Assembly (NCBI GenBank): GCA_951406725.2
Contig: OX597827.1
Coordinates: 77,810,001 to 77,874,000 of the forward strand
Length of the DNA stretch: 64,000 nt
Reading direction: 5' to 3'
Source of the DNA: Octopus vulgaris
Lineage: Eukaryota
A program made the translations under genes and the position numbers. This document shows, piece after piece, positions 35,231 to 50,240 of the stretch (positions are counted from its first letter, which is position 1; every line of letters starts with the position of its first letter). The notes under the pieces are model-generated. The model saw nothing but the letters and a program-made list of their open reading frames with translations. It ran no database searches and had not been told where the DNA came from.

Positions 35231-36260
35231 CTACCGGTGGTGGGGGTGGTGGCGGTGGTGGGTCAACATGGCCATTGAAATGGTGATCATGCTGGTGTTG
35301 ATGGTGGTGATGATGATGGTATGGTGGTGGTGGTGGTGGCGGTGGAAGTGGTGGTGGTAGCAGTGGGATAACTGGTGGCGTTGCTGAAATTTCATGCTGG
35401 GGTAACATAGCGGTGGTGGTGGTGGTGATGGCGAAAGTAGTTGCCATGGGATAACATAGCTATGGTGATGAGAAATACTGGCGATGGTGAGGTTTGCGCT
35501 GGGATAACGTAGTTGTTGAGGTGGTAGCGAAAGAGTGATGGTAAGAGGTGGGACAACAGGATTTATGGCGATGGCGATATCGGGGCGGCAAGGGTCATGG
35601 ATGGTGGCGGTGGTGGCGGTGATAGTGGTGGTGATGGCGGTGGTAACGATGTGGTGGTGGTGGCCGTGAGAGTGGTAGTGGAGGTCATAGCGATGGTAGT
35701 GGCGATGGTGGTGGTGGTTGTGATGGCGGTGGTGGTAGCGGTGGTGATGGTGTTGGTGACGGTGGTGCTGGCGGGTGTGCAGATGGCGATGATGCTAATG
35801 ATGGTGGTGGCTGGAGTAGTAGTAGTAGTAGTGGTGGTGGTGGTGGTGGTGGTGGTGGCCGTGAGAGTGGTAGTGGCGGTAATAGCGATGGTAGTGTCGA
35901 CGGTGGTGGTGGTGGTGGCGGCGGTGGTGATGGCGGTGGTGACGGTGGTGCTGGAGAGTGTGGAGATGGCGATGATGCTAATGATGGTGGTGGCTGGAGT
36001 AGTAGTAGTAGTGGTGGTGGTGGTGGCGGTGGTGATTGCGGTGGAGCAATAAGTGTAGCGGCGGCAGAGGCTGTTGGAGTTAGCGCCAGGGGGTGGGATT
36101 GGTGGCGGTGGGAAACGGCGAGGAAGGGGGGGAGGAAGGGGAAGGGCAATGATATGTGCGGAGATGCGGGTGATGGCGGTGATGGAGGCGGTGGTGGGAA
36201 ACCACGGTAGCAATGAGACGGTGGTGGTTGGGTGGGGGTGGGGCGGTGACAAGATATGAT
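35230..36260. repeat. (GGT/GAT/GGC)n cryptic trinucleotide region with an internal ~190-bp tandem duplication
   Basis: GGCCGTGAGAGTGGTAGTG...GATGATGCTAATGATGGTGGTGGCTGGAGTAGT occurs at ~35662-35830 and ~35857-36010. Confidence 0.85.
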
Positions 36261-36899
36261 AATTTATTACACTACACGGAAGCGGTGCAAGTGCCCCGTT
36301 ATAAAAAACATCCGCCTTCACAGCAGCTTACACGGGAAAAAATAAAAAAAAAGGAAAAGAAAAGAAAAGAAAAAAGAAACCAAAAAATTATTAATAAATA
36401 TAGAAAAAAACAAACAAAACCTCCCGATCCATTCAGCTGCTGCTGCTGCTGTTGTGGTTGTTGCATCTACGTCCCCCGCCACCACCACCACCACCACCAC
36501 CACCACCTCCGCCGCCGCCGCCGCCTTCACCGTCACAGCGATCTCACTTCATTGAAAAATTATTACACAACTTTTAAATAGGGGTTAATTATTTGCGATG
36601 CCCTGTCCCACCGAATCTTCCCAACCCCCTTTTTCCTCTCTTATAATCTCCCCATTCCAACGCCCCCACCCACCACCACCACTTTCCGCCGTCTCTGCCA
36701 TCGGAATAAGACCATTAGCAATAAAAACACACACACACACACACACCTTGCACTGTTCTTTTTGCATGTGTCTGGGGCTTTTATGGAGGGTGGAAACGGG
36801 GGCTGGCGGTGAGGGTTTGGTTAACCAACCACTTGCGACGCCGATCCAAAGCCACTTTTTTTTTTCACCCCCTAATTATTTTATCTATTTTCATATTAC

Positions 36900-36932
36900 A
36901 TGTCTAGATTACGATATATATATACATACATA

Positions 36933-36989
<57 letters not shown>

Positions 36990-37232
36990 CATTTGTGTGT
37001 ATATATATATATACACATATATATACATTTATGTATATACCTATATCTATATATATATATATTTATATATATATATATATATATATTTAAATATATATAC
37101 ATACACACACAAACGTGTGCGTACTCGTGTACTCTTAAATATCTATGCATATATAAGAATATGTATATGTATATATTTATATATATTTATATATATATAT
37201 ATATATATTTATATGTATATATATATATATAT

Positions 37233-37325
<93 letters not shown>

Positions 37326-37773
37326 GTATATATCTATAATATATATATATATTTATATGTATATATATATATATTTATATGTATATATATATATATATAT
37401 TTACATACACATATTTTTACACAAAAAATTTATAACTCATTTTTTTAATATTAATAACCCTTAGTGTGTGTCTATACACATATATGTATATATATTCATT
37501 TTTATTTTTATACAGATTTCTATCAAATATATACACATAATATCGTTTTTATAGAAATCTAATGTTTTACGCTTATTTTCAACATTAGATGCCCCAGATA
37601 GCATGATGTGGATGTGTGAGTGTGTGTGTTTGCAGATTGTTTTTCTACTTATCTTTTTTATTGGAATATTGCAATCAAGATTGGATTTCCGATAGATTTC
37701 ACAAAAAACATATGTGAATATATGTATGGGTGTGTGTGTGTATATACTACATGATATATATATATGTATACAT

Positions 37774-37808
<35 letters not shown>

Positions 37809-38108
37809 CACATATATATATATATGCATACAGATGTATGTTGCGCATGTTAAATGCAAGTATATACATGTATAAATGGCGGTATATGGCCACAGCTCAT
37901 AAGCTGAAACTAGAATCAATCAATCAATCAATCATATATATATATATTACACATGTATGTATATATATATATATATATATATAAATATATACACATATGT
38001 ATATATACGTATGTATGTATATATATACATATGTATATATACGTATGTATATATATGTATATATATATGTATATATATATATATATATATATACGTATAT
38101 ATATATAC

Positions 38109-38164
<56 letters not shown>

Positions 38165-38252
38165 GTATGTATGTATATATATATTTATCAGAATAATCTA
38201 TACATATATATTGTGCTCCAGCATGACCAGTCTAAATTGACTGAAGCCAGTT

Positions 38253-38297
<45 letters not shown>

Positions 38298-38344
38298 GTA
38301 TGTATATACACATGTATCCTATCTATCGACAGTTTACGTGTTCT

Positions 38345-38380
<36 letters not shown>

Positions 38381-38592
38381 GACTGCCTGCAAATTGGCAT
38401 TGAATTATTGCTTTCAATACCTAGACATACATATATACAAATATATATATATAAATATATATACATACATATATATATCATATAGGTTATATGTAAATCA
38501 AATACAAACACACATATACATATATATATATATGTATGTATGTACGTACACACACCCTCAACTACATATGTATTGAGAGAGAGCTAGGTTAC

Positions 38593-38625
<33 letters not shown>

Positions 38626-39589
38626 TACATACATACATCTATACATATGTATATATGTATATGTGTGTGTGTGAGTGTGTGTGTCTGTGCATGTATGTAT
38701 TTATTTATTTTTCTGCTCATGTTCTCTCTGCCTTTGAAGCCCGAATGTGGTGCGAGCAGGAGTATCCGGACGTGTATAGAGCTGCTGGTGTGAGTGTAGG
38801 TTGGCTCTATGTCAGTTCGCTGCCTCCCTCTGCTGAATATGTTGGCGACATGGAGTAACGGTGCTAGACACTTGGTGACGACCAAAAAAATGTCCTATTA
38901 CCTCGCCTCCTCCGTGCAGGCTCTTTTACTCACTGGCACCACGTATACCTGGGTGGTTTTCTGGTTGTTATTGCTGTTGTTACTATCATTATCATCATTA
39001 TCGTCGTCGTCGTCGTCGTCGTTATCATCGTCAGAATGGTGAAACTGTTGTTACTCTCCTTCTTCCTCTTCTTCTTCTTCTTAAGGTATGTATATGTTTG
39101 TATGTAATCACTTTCTCACACAGAGCAAAGGGAAAGACACAGAGAGACAGAGAGAGAGAGAGAATGACGGATAGATGGAGAGAGGGAGGGAGAGAAAAAA
39201 GATAGAGAGGTAGAGAGGGATAGAGAGTGAGTGTGCGGTGGGGAAGGGAGCTACAGAGAGGACTGTGTGTGTGTGTGTGTGTGTGTTTGTACGTGTGTGT
39301 GAATGCGTTTGTTTGTGTGTGTGGGACAGCGATACAGGGTGAGAGAGAAATATATATATATATATATAAATTTATATATATATATATATAAACGGTGAGA
39401 GAGAGAGAGAGAGAGAGAGGGGAACAGATAGAAAGAAAGAAAGGGGAGAAAGGGCGGGAGAGGGAAAGAGAAAAATATAAATATATATACACACACACAA
39501 AACTATACATATACACATATACGTATGGCTATATATATATATGTGTGTGTGTGTATACAATTATATGTATGTATATATATATATATACA

Positions 39590-39651
<62 letters not shown>

Positions 39652-40008
39652 GTTGTGTCTGCTTCATGTACATTAATATATCTATATACATACATTGATA
39701 TTTGTATATATGCATCGATATGTGCATGTTGTGACCGTAAATATACTCGTAAAATTGTATAGATTTGTATGGTGTATATATATATATATATACATATAGA
39801 TAGATTGATGGATGGATGGGTGGATATTTGTATATATACATTTAATATTTATATACATACATTCGGACGATATAGTCAATCTCCTATATATAGCATAATA
39901 GTTCTTGGCACTAGTAGTTATATCGCTTTTTGCATGAGTATACACCCGTATATTCACACACACGTACACACATATAGTATGTGTGTGTTTAAATGTTTTT
40001 ACGTATGC

Positions 40009-40065
<57 letters not shown>

Positions 40066-40217
40066 CAGAAGTATGTGTACGTGTATATATGTGTAATGTA
40101 TATATATAGATAGATATACAAACACACATGTATATATGTATAGAAAATACTTGCATATTTATGAATATATACACATATATACATGTACACACGCCTATAT
40201 ATACGTATGTGTATCTA

Positions 40218-40292
<75 letters not shown>

Positions 40293-40609
40293 CTGATGAT
40301 ATATATAAATGTATTTGTATGCAAGCATGTATGTATAATGTAAATATATGCATGTACATATGACATTAAAAACTATATACATGGTGTCTGTATATAAAAT
40401 GTTAGCAATCAGCAGTTGCTTGCAGTTGGACTAATGAAGAACGACTTGCAGAGTTAATCCAAACGTCCGATCTCATGTTTTTCTGTCTCCATAGCCTCTA
40501 TCTTCCAGTGGCCACCTTCTGTTTATAAATACATACATTTATTTAGACATATACACCAGATCAGGAATACTCATAACGTTTTTTTATACTTCTTCCCAAC
40601 AGCTTTTAC

Positions 40610-40648
<39 letters not shown>

Positions 40649-40781
40649 CTATATATAGATATATAGATAGATAGATAGATATAGATGTATAGCATCATCT
40701 CTCGTATCGTATACATACCCTTTTCAAAATCAACCTGTATATGTATGTATACATACATACATATATATATATATATGTGTG

Positions 40782-40816
<35 letters not shown>

Positions 40817-40934
40817 TCACACGCACACACATATATATATATATCTAGAGAGAGAGAGACAGATGTATATATAGGTGAGTGTGTGTATACAGACATGTAT
40901 ATATATATATACCTACATGTCTGTTTTTATATCT

Positions 40935-40971
<37 letters not shown>

Positions 40972-40996
40972 AAGATAGGTTAACAGACAGATAGAC

Positions 40997-41065
<69 letters not shown>

Positions 41066-41627
41066 TAAATAGATAGAGCTATCAGAGCTATGTAGACATT
41101 TATCTTTTGGACATATGTGTGTATCTGCAAATTATCTTTGGGAAAAAAACGTGTGGATGCGATGGGCCACACACACACACGTGTGTGTGTATATGTGAAC
41201 AGACATGCATACGTGCGTGTTTATGTCTTCACAAAATACACACCTCCATAGACACGTATACATACACATAACTGCATCTTTCCCACACATACACACACGC
41301 ACATACTCGTGCGCGCATGTATATACCCCTGTATGTATGATTCAGACAAGTATCTCTAGAGGACACTTGCTAAAGTATGAATGTATACACTCACACACAC
41401 GTATGTATATATGTGTGTGTGTTTATGTATGCATGTATGTATATAGGTATGTATACATGTCTCTGCATGTATATGTATATACGTACATATTTATCTGTGC
41501 GTGTATATATACCTATGTGTGTGTATGTTTCTCATCAAACTCAACGGCCCGTCAAGTGTTGTACTTTTAATGTGACTACTTTCTGTAGAATATGTATGTA
41601 TATACGGACACACATCTATATATGAGT

Positions 41628-41676
<49 letters not shown>

Positions 41677-41771
41677 CACACATACATACATACCTCCACA
41701 ATAATCAACGGCCCAACAGCATTTCAGTGCATTTATGCTTACCTTTCCATGTGTGTGCGTATATATACATA

Positions 41772-41824
<53 letters not shown>

Positions 41825-41953
41825 TCATCATCATCATCGTCGCCTTCATACGTGTATTTATGGATGTATGTGTGTGTTAATTTTGGGTATTTATTTTGCA
41901 AAAATATATTAGAGGTGTGATCCATACGTCAATAGGATTTTGTGTGTATGTGT

Positions 41954-42021
<68 letters not shown>

Positions 42022-43250
42022 GTGTGTGTGTGTGCGTGCGTGCGTGTGCATACGTTAGCAGTCATATATAAGTATACAAATAGATATACAGTTCGATAAA
42101 TATATGCGTATATACATGTATACCTATGGCTATATCTGTGTATACTCATGTGTATGTCTGTATCTATATGTGTGAATGTACATGCAGGTGTATGTATGTA
42201 TGTATGTATCTGTATGTCGGGATGTATGTGCCTATGTATGTATGCATGAATGTATGTATGTATGTATTATGCATGTATGTATGTATATTGGTAGGTGCAG
42301 GTGCCCGTAGGAAATGGATGCATTGCAAATGTGCACGGATACACATACCATTAAAAATACGTGCACACACCTGCACATACATGTATATCCCTATACAGAC
42401 ACAAAACTGGCATACACTGGCATGTAGTCCATACAGACAGACATGGAGTTTGTTATATACACATCCAGTGGCATGTCGATATGTAGCCTTAGACACACAC
42501 ACACACACACACACACACACGGCATATTTTATTGATATGTGTGTGTGTCTGTGTGTCCCAAAGGGTCTACTGCATTTGGTAATTGTCACTCGACATGCAT
42601 AATATTATACACACTTATACACATACACACATGTTCTTACGCTGATATGAATGTTCACAAACATACAGAACCGTGTATATTTGTGTGTGGTATATATATA
42701 TATACACACATATGTACATATGCATGTGGGCAAATATTTATATATATATGTATTATGTACTTTCATGAATGTTTATATACACACATGCGTAATACACACA
42801 CACAGACATATGTATGTATATACATATGTATATATATATACATATGTAGATATACATATATTTGTCCACACATACCCACACACACACACACATACATATT
42901 TATACATGTGTGTGTGTGTATACATGCACATGTAGACATAAATGCATTTATTCACTCCAGTGCTCCATGTATATATACGTGTATATATACATGCATATAT
43001 AAGACACATATCAACATGTAGTTGATACACACACACACACACAAACATATATATATGCACATAAACGTGTGTGTATAGATGTCTATGTGTGTGTATGTAT
43101 AAATTTATGTAGATATGTGTTTGTATTTTTTTGTGTTATGATGTATATATATATATATATATGTACATGTGTTTATATTTTGTTTGTATGTGTGTATATA
43201 TATATGTGTGTGTGTGTGTGTGTTCATACTCACACACACACAAACTTGCC
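36900..43250. repeat. Microsatellite field, mainly (TA)n/(TG)n/(GA)n
   Basis: Direct inspection. Short unique islands at ~37540-37710, 38740-39085 and 40380-40600. Confidence 0.95.
38740..39085 (+). other. Candidate non-coding exon with short ORFs
   Basis: Unique island in microsatellites bounded by a pyrimidine tract plus GAAG| and AAG|GTATGT. Holds a 37-aa ORF at 38745-38858. Confidence 0.3.
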
Positions 43251-43302
43251 TTCTTTTATTGTTTTATTTGTCTTATATTATTATTTAAAAACTTTTTGAT
43301 TC

Positions 43303-43345
43303 GGTTCCATGCAACTTCAAGTTTCGTAGACTCATCAAACGAACC
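43303..43345 (-). ncRNA. Candidate very minimal hammerhead motif (C3U)
   Basis: Reverse complement reads GGTTCGT TTGATGA GTCTAC GAA ACTT-G-AAGT T GCATGGAACC, giving a bulged stem I and a 2-bp stem II. Confidence 0.4.
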
Positions 43346-43775
43346 TGCCTCATTTGGCTTAAAAGTCGGATGAGATGGGTCCCGTGATCCCCCTGGAGTT
43401 TCCCTTTGATCCATAACCAGTTCCGTGTGCAGGGAAACACGCATTTGTCTTTAGTCTGCACATTGAGGAAACTTCCGGAGTGACAGACTAAACATTTAGC
43501 TGTAATAATTTATACACATCATCATCATTATCATCATCATCCTCATCGCTGTCATCAACATTGTCATTATCATCATCAGATATTTATATCCAGTTTTCCA
43601 TACTGTCATGTTTCGGAGAATTTTCTGAGGCAACAGTTTCGAACCAGATGCCCTGTCTGTCATCAAACCTTTTGTCATCACCTCTCGTGAAGAATGACAT
43701 GCAGACATTGTAAACCTATTCTAAAACCATGGATATACTGCGTGATACATACATACATATATATACATACATACA

Positions 43776-43811
<36 letters not shown>

Positions 43812-43957
43812 TAATTTCAGCAAAAACAATTAAGATTCAAATGAATTCAAATGAATATGGTACTTAACTTAGATGCACCAGGATTCTTTATGGTATTAAC
43901 CATAAAATTATGTGGGGTGATTATAACCAAGAAAAAAGCAACAAGAATGGATCAGTA

Positions 43958-44047
43958 GATTAGTACAATTGTTTCATACTAAAAACATTTAATTTCAAGC
44001 TGCAAATATTACAGCAAATATAATGTCAAGTATTCATCAGCTAAATC
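43958..44047 (-). ncRNA. Type I hammerhead motif with long stem II
   Basis: Reverse complement reads GATTTAG CTGATGA ATACT...AGTAT GAA ACAATTGT A CTAATC. Canonical core, palindromic helix III, GUA^ after 43964, and inner helices ACATT/AATGT and GCTGT/GCAGC. Confidence 0.7.
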
Positions 44048-44194
44048 ACATATAGGTTTTCCATATATTCTTAGAGAGTGTCAATATCCTTATGAAGTTA
44101 TAGGAGTGAGTTCCATGAATCTGAAATAAGATTCCAAGCAGACTATATATGTTTTCCAACAATACAAAGTTTAAAAAAATATATATATATAAAA

Positions 44195-44360
44195 GAATGC
44201 AAAACATTCAGACAGTTAGATGATACAAAAATGGACAAGAAAAAACATTCGGAGTTTTCTTTCGTCAGTCAAGTTCCAGATTTGGAAAGAAAACTCTGAA
44301 TGACCCATCCTTGTTTTTTCTTGTCCCTTTTTGTATCATCTGTCTGAATGTTTTGCGTTC
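44195..44360. repeat. Imperfect fold-back element
   Basis: Nested inverted repeats GAATGCAAAACATTCAGAC/GTCTGAATGTTTTGCGTTC, AGATGATACAAAAA/TTTTTGTATCATCT and ATTCGGAGTTTTCTTTC/GAAAGAAAACTCTGAAT. Confidence 0.8.
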
Positions 44361-45181
44361 ATGTCCCATTTTTTGTATTCTTTTTTATATACATATAGCG
44401 GCGTACATACACTTTGGTCTCATATATATATATATATATTGCATGATTCACACACATATACACACATTATTGGAGTGTTTTTTTACAACCAGTTGCCCAC
44501 CGGTCACCAACCATTGTTATTTCACTCAGCTGAAAAGCATCAAGTGAGGGGACAGTTTGCTGACAGAAGTGCCCACTAAATTGCTTGCAGAAAACGACCC
44601 CTAATTCAACAAACACATGCACTGGTAACGGTGCCCTGTAAAAAGCGCCCCGTGCACCCTGTGAAGCGATTGTCGTTAGGAAGGGCATCCATCCATAGAA
44701 AGCATGCGGACAACCTGACAACGGGGCCTGATGCAGTCCCTGACCTTACCAGCCTCCTCCTGTCAAACCATCCAACCTATGTCAGCATGGAAAGCAGATG
44801 TTAAATGATGATGATGATGGTGGTGATGATGATCGTCATCATCATCATCATCATCATCATGCAAATATACACACGCATGTATATCATCATCACCATCGTT
44901 TTAACGTCTACTTTTTCCCCGCTTGCACGGGTCAGACAGAATTCTGTTGAGGATGATCTTTTTTCTGTCGTTGGATGCCCTTCCTGCCACCAACACTTAC
45001 CTGTATCCAATCAGGGTGATATTTACCTGTGGCCAGACATGATTTCTACAGGTGACCAGAAGAAAACAACCCTTGTAATAACAGTGATTCTCCTTCTCAA
45101 ACGTAATGTCAAGACAAGTATACAAATGAACACCCCTATACACACACACACAGGTATACACATATACATGTATATACATAT

Positions 45182-45238
<57 letters not shown>

Positions 45239-46377
45239 TATATATGTATGTATATATAGAAAAAAATCTGAAGATTCAGAAAAATTCAGATTTTTTTATA
45301 TGCTAGACCACTGGTTTTAAATTGATATTAATCAAATTAATATTCAATTTTTCACCCTTATTTTAAATTATATATATCATTGTTTAACGTCTGCTTTCCA
45401 TGCTAGCATGGGTTGGACAATTTGACTGAGGTCTGGCGAACCAGATGGCTGCACCAAACTCCAAAGCACCATCCGTTTGTGGCCATTGCCAGCCTCGCCT
45501 GGCCCCCGTGCCGGTGGCACGTAAAAAGCACCGTCCGTCTGTGGCCGTTTGCCAGCTCCATCTGGCACCTGTGCCGGTGGCACGTAAAAAGCACCCACTA
45601 CACTCACGGAGTGGTTGGCATTAGGAAGGGCATCCAGTCGTAGAAACACTGCCAGATCAGACTGGGCCTGGTGCAGCCTTCTGGCTTCACAGACCCCAGT
45701 TGAACCGTCCAACCCATGCTAGCATGGAAAGCGGACGCTAAATGATGATGATGATGATATTAATATATCTGTGTGTGTGTGTGTGTAAAGTCTGACCCAT
45801 GCCAGCATAGAAATGTGTACGTTAATATGATGATGATGATGATATATAGACAATGAATTTCTTTCAATTTCATCCCCCCACATTCACTCTCGAGGCTTTG
45901 ATCTGCCACAGACTAAAGCAGAAGTCAATTATTTGGGATGCCCCACCAATGGAACCCAGAAGTAGGCAGTTGGGCAGTAAACTTCTTAACCACACAGCCA
46001 TACACACACACAGACACACAATCATACAAATGCATACATATATATGAAGATAGACAAATGGACAGACAGATAGAGAGATGGATATATATATATATATATC
46101 ATGTGATCACATGGCCGACCAGACCATCAGATGTTGTTACACATCGCTGGTCACAATGTGTTCGCATTGTTTTAGCCTTTGAATGACGCCACCCCGCTGG
46201 CTAAGCGAGCAGGCCAACAGAAGAAAGAGTGGTGAAAGAGTACAGCAGGGATCACCACCCCTGCTGGAGCCTCATGGAGCTTTTAGGTGTTTTCGCTCAA
46301 TAAACACTCACAACGCCCAGTCTGGGAATCGAAACCGCGAGTCCGCTGCCCTAACCACTAGGCCATTGCGCCTCCAC

Positions 46378-46427
<50 letters not shown>

Positions 46428-49282
46428 AGATAGATGGATAGACAGATAGATGGATATATATATGGATAAATAGATAGGTAGACAGACAGAGGGATAGCTA
46501 TGAGAATGTTGATGTTCACAACAATATCAACAAAGGTGTGTGAAAAAGGTGTCGACAATGATTCAGTTTTCAGTGTCTAACTCTGCCAGCTCTCTCTCTC
46601 TCTCCTCTCTCTCTCTTCCTTCTCCCTCCATTTTCATCTCTTCTCTCTGTTTCTGTCCTTGCTCCACCCTGATCATGACCACCACCTTGAAAACAGTACT
46701 GTCCCTCTCACTACTTCCGGTAGGAGGCAGCACTGATGTCTCTGAGGTAGAAAACATTTTTTTTTTACTTCTTCAGCTGCAACACTAATAACAACAACAA
46801 GACTATGCACTTTAGCCATTGCAACAACAACAACAGCAGCAACCATGTTACACGATCTTTTCCTTTTGCAACAATCACAACAACAACAACTTAAAATATA
46901 GTTTCACAACAACAACAAGGCTATGCACTTTATCTCCTGCAATAGCAACAACAACAACAACAGCAACACGGATCTCATTAGGTGCAGCCACAGCAATAAC
47001 AGCACTGCATTGTCGGGTGCAGCTATGAAACAACAACAGCAACTTGCATTTTGTGCATTTCACAAATATACAAGGAATTCTCTGCAACAACAAAGACATC
47101 ACCACCAACAACAACAACACCAACAAAAACATCACCAACAACACCAACAGCAATATGTCCGGTTTTGTTGACCGTATTTTTGCTGCAACTGTCCGTCCAT
47201 AGTTGTTCCATCGAAGCAGCAATGTTTGTCTGTTGTGACCAGTGGTTTTGGATGGGATGCAAAAGGCCATGGGCACTGTCCCTTCTTTCCCCAGACCCAA
47301 CCAAAACAACAACAACAAGGGGACTGTCTCTATGGCCATTCCACTGGCTGGCAATATTTGTTAACATGGCTATATTATACACTCTGGCTAAACAGGAACT
47401 CGGCAAAAGACAGTACTTTATACATTATGTACACACGTATATATATTATTGATAGAAATGGCAAGACAACAAAAGAATGAAGGAGACCTCGATATTATGT
47501 AAATAGAGGAATTTATCTGTAAATATAATATGTGACAATTATTCAGTAATATATATATCCATATCCTCATCATCATCTTCATCATTTAGCGTCCGCTTTC
47601 CATGCTAGCATGGGTTGGACGGTTCAACTGGGGTCTGGGAAGCCAGGAGACTGCCCCAGGCTCCAGTCTGATCTGGCAATGTTTCTACAGCTGGATGCCC
47701 TTCCTAATGCCAACCACTCCGTGAGTGTAGTGGGTGCTTTTTACGTGCCACCGGCACAGGGGGCAGACGGAGCTGGCAAACGGCCACAATCAGATGGTGC
47801 TTTTTACGTGCCACCGGCACGGAGGCCAGAGACATATACGTATATTTATACACACACAGATATATTTACAGGCACAGGCATGGCTGTGTGGTAAGAAGCT
47901 TGCTTCCCAACCACATGGTTCCAGGTTCAGTGCCACTCTGTGGCATCTTGGGTAAGTGTCTTGTGCTATAGCCTCAGGCTGGCCAAAACCTTGTGAGTGA
48001 CTTTAATTGACAGAAACTGATAGGAGCCTATCGTGTGTGTGTGTGTGTCTATGTTTGTGTCTCTCCTTCAACCACTTGTCAACCAGTGTTGGTTTGTTTA
48101 CGTCCCTCATAAATTAGTGGTTCCACAAAAGAGACCGATGGAATAAGTACTAGGCTTAGAAAAAAGAACTGCAATGTGATTCGTTTAACTAACAATTCTC
48201 CAAGGTGGTGCTCCAGCATGGCTCTGGTCTAATCGTGCGGTTCCTGACTTTGTCCATCGCTTGTCAAACCATCTGACGGACATTAAATGATAATGATGAT
48301 GATAAATATATATATACACTTATAGACCTCCCGACATTTTATTGTTTATATATTCCTCATGGGGTAACTTCATTGATTGGATCTTGTGGATTTCAGCTGC
48401 ATTGATATTCTACATTACACTTCTCTGTATTGTATTGCTATGCAGTCTGATAGCCACATCTGTTAGAGGAGCTTTCTGTGATAACCATACTCTCTTCCTC
48501 TCCCTCTCTCTTTTTCTTTCTCTTCCTCTCTTTTTCTCTCTCTGCCTGGGTAACCATGTTACTTCCTCTACAGCAAGACACCTATTTCTGCTTCTCTGTC
48601 ACACCCTAACCTGTCATTATCTGACACAAGATAACCAGTCCTTTCTCAAAATTCCTTGTCTTGCAAGTTATTTAGTGACCCTGCCAGTGCTGGTGCCACA
48701 TAAAAAGCTTCCAGTCCACTGTAAAATGGTTGGCATTCAAAAAGGCATCCAGCTGTAAAAACAATGCCAAAACTGACCTCGCCCGTGCTGGTGCTACATA
48801 AAAAGCACTCCATCCACTCTGCTGGGTGGTTGGTGTTAGGAAGGGCACCCAGCCCTAAAAGCCTTGCCAAAATGGACACAGCAGCCTAAGGTTGTTTTCT
48901 ACCTGGCTGACTCCTATCAAACTGTCCGACCTATGCCAGTATGGAAGTCGGAGGTTAAACAATAATGATGATGATGATGATGATATCTACACTACACGCT
49001 CACACATTTGTTGTCTATTTCGATTTTTTTCCCTGCTACATTATATCTTGTACCTAATGGGTCAGAATAGGGATTTCTAGATGGTCACTGGGCCTGTAAG
49101 AAATAGCAGCCAAAATTCCCTAAAGTCAAACCGTCCATGCTTAAATAAAGGATTTATGACGACATATTTGACAATATATAGTGTTTGATATACCTAGTCT
49201 AGGCAACCCCACCCACTCCATCCCATGCACTCAGTGTCACATTACACCCCCACCCTCTGGCCCCTCGTATACAGATGTACAG

Positions 49283-49329
<47 letters not shown>

Positions 49330-49529
49330 CCTACATAGTCTCAGTCCTACACATACATAGTATCATACACATGCAATTCTAAGCATATACACAGCTCTGC
49401 ACACACACACACACACAATTCTCTGCATATGCACCCTTTTCCTACATACACAGACACCCCTATCTGCACACATGCACAGTACAACACTTGCACTGATACA
49501 CACAAGCACACAATGTCACATCAGAACAT

Positions 49530-49770
49530 CATGTGACACCTGTTACAATACTTGTGACGCAACAGCTGTGACAACACCTGTGAAACAATATGTGACACAA
49601 CACCTGTCTCATACATGTGGCACAATAGCTATGACACAATACCGGTGACACAACACCTGCAACACAGCACCTGTGACACAACAGCTGTAACACAACACCT
49701 GTGACACAGCAGCTGTAACACAACACATGTGACACAACACCTGTAACACAACACCTGTGACACAATACCT
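49530..49770. repeat. ~14-bp minisatellite
   Basis: Consensus TGTGACACAACACC with variants. Confidence 0.85.
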
Positions 49771-49958
49771 AGATCTAATCTTTTTAGAAAAATATCAATA
49801 CTAATCTGATAGACACTTCTGCTGTATCACACAGCTCTGGCATTGTAACAAAGCACATCTTTCTTCCACGTTCTTCTATGTTACAGTACATCTGATTTGT
49901 GTTACATGTTCTTTGACTATGCAATAGGACACACCAACACTATCACCTTTCTTCTGTC

Positions 49959-50240
49959 ACCTATGTAACATCACTGTGTCACATCTTTTGTATTATGTAG
50001 TTATTAACCTATGTAAAATCTCTCTGTTACATCTCTTGTATGATGAAGTTGCTTACCTATGTAACATTGCTGTATCACGTATTTTGTATTATGTTGTTAT
50101 TAATCTACGTAACATCCGTGTGTTACATCTGTTGTAACATGTAGTTTCTAGCCTATGTAACATCTCTGTGTTACATCCCTTGTGTCACGTAATTGCTGAC
50201 CTATATAACACCTACACTGTCACATCTCTTCTGTCATGTC
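49959..50240. repeat. 48-bp tandem repeat, 6 diverged copies
   Basis: Units begin (A/G)CCTATGTAA-like at 49959, 50007, 50055, 50103, 50151 and 50199. Confidence 0.9.

Noticed and set aside
46788-47160. Poly-Gln/Thr ORFs from (CAA/CAG)n
   Set aside because: Degenerate trinucleotide repeat with no domain or splice support.
49959-50240. 48-bp periodic array as CRISPR or coding repeat
   Set aside because: Whole units are homologous with no unique spacers, and no ORF spans the array.
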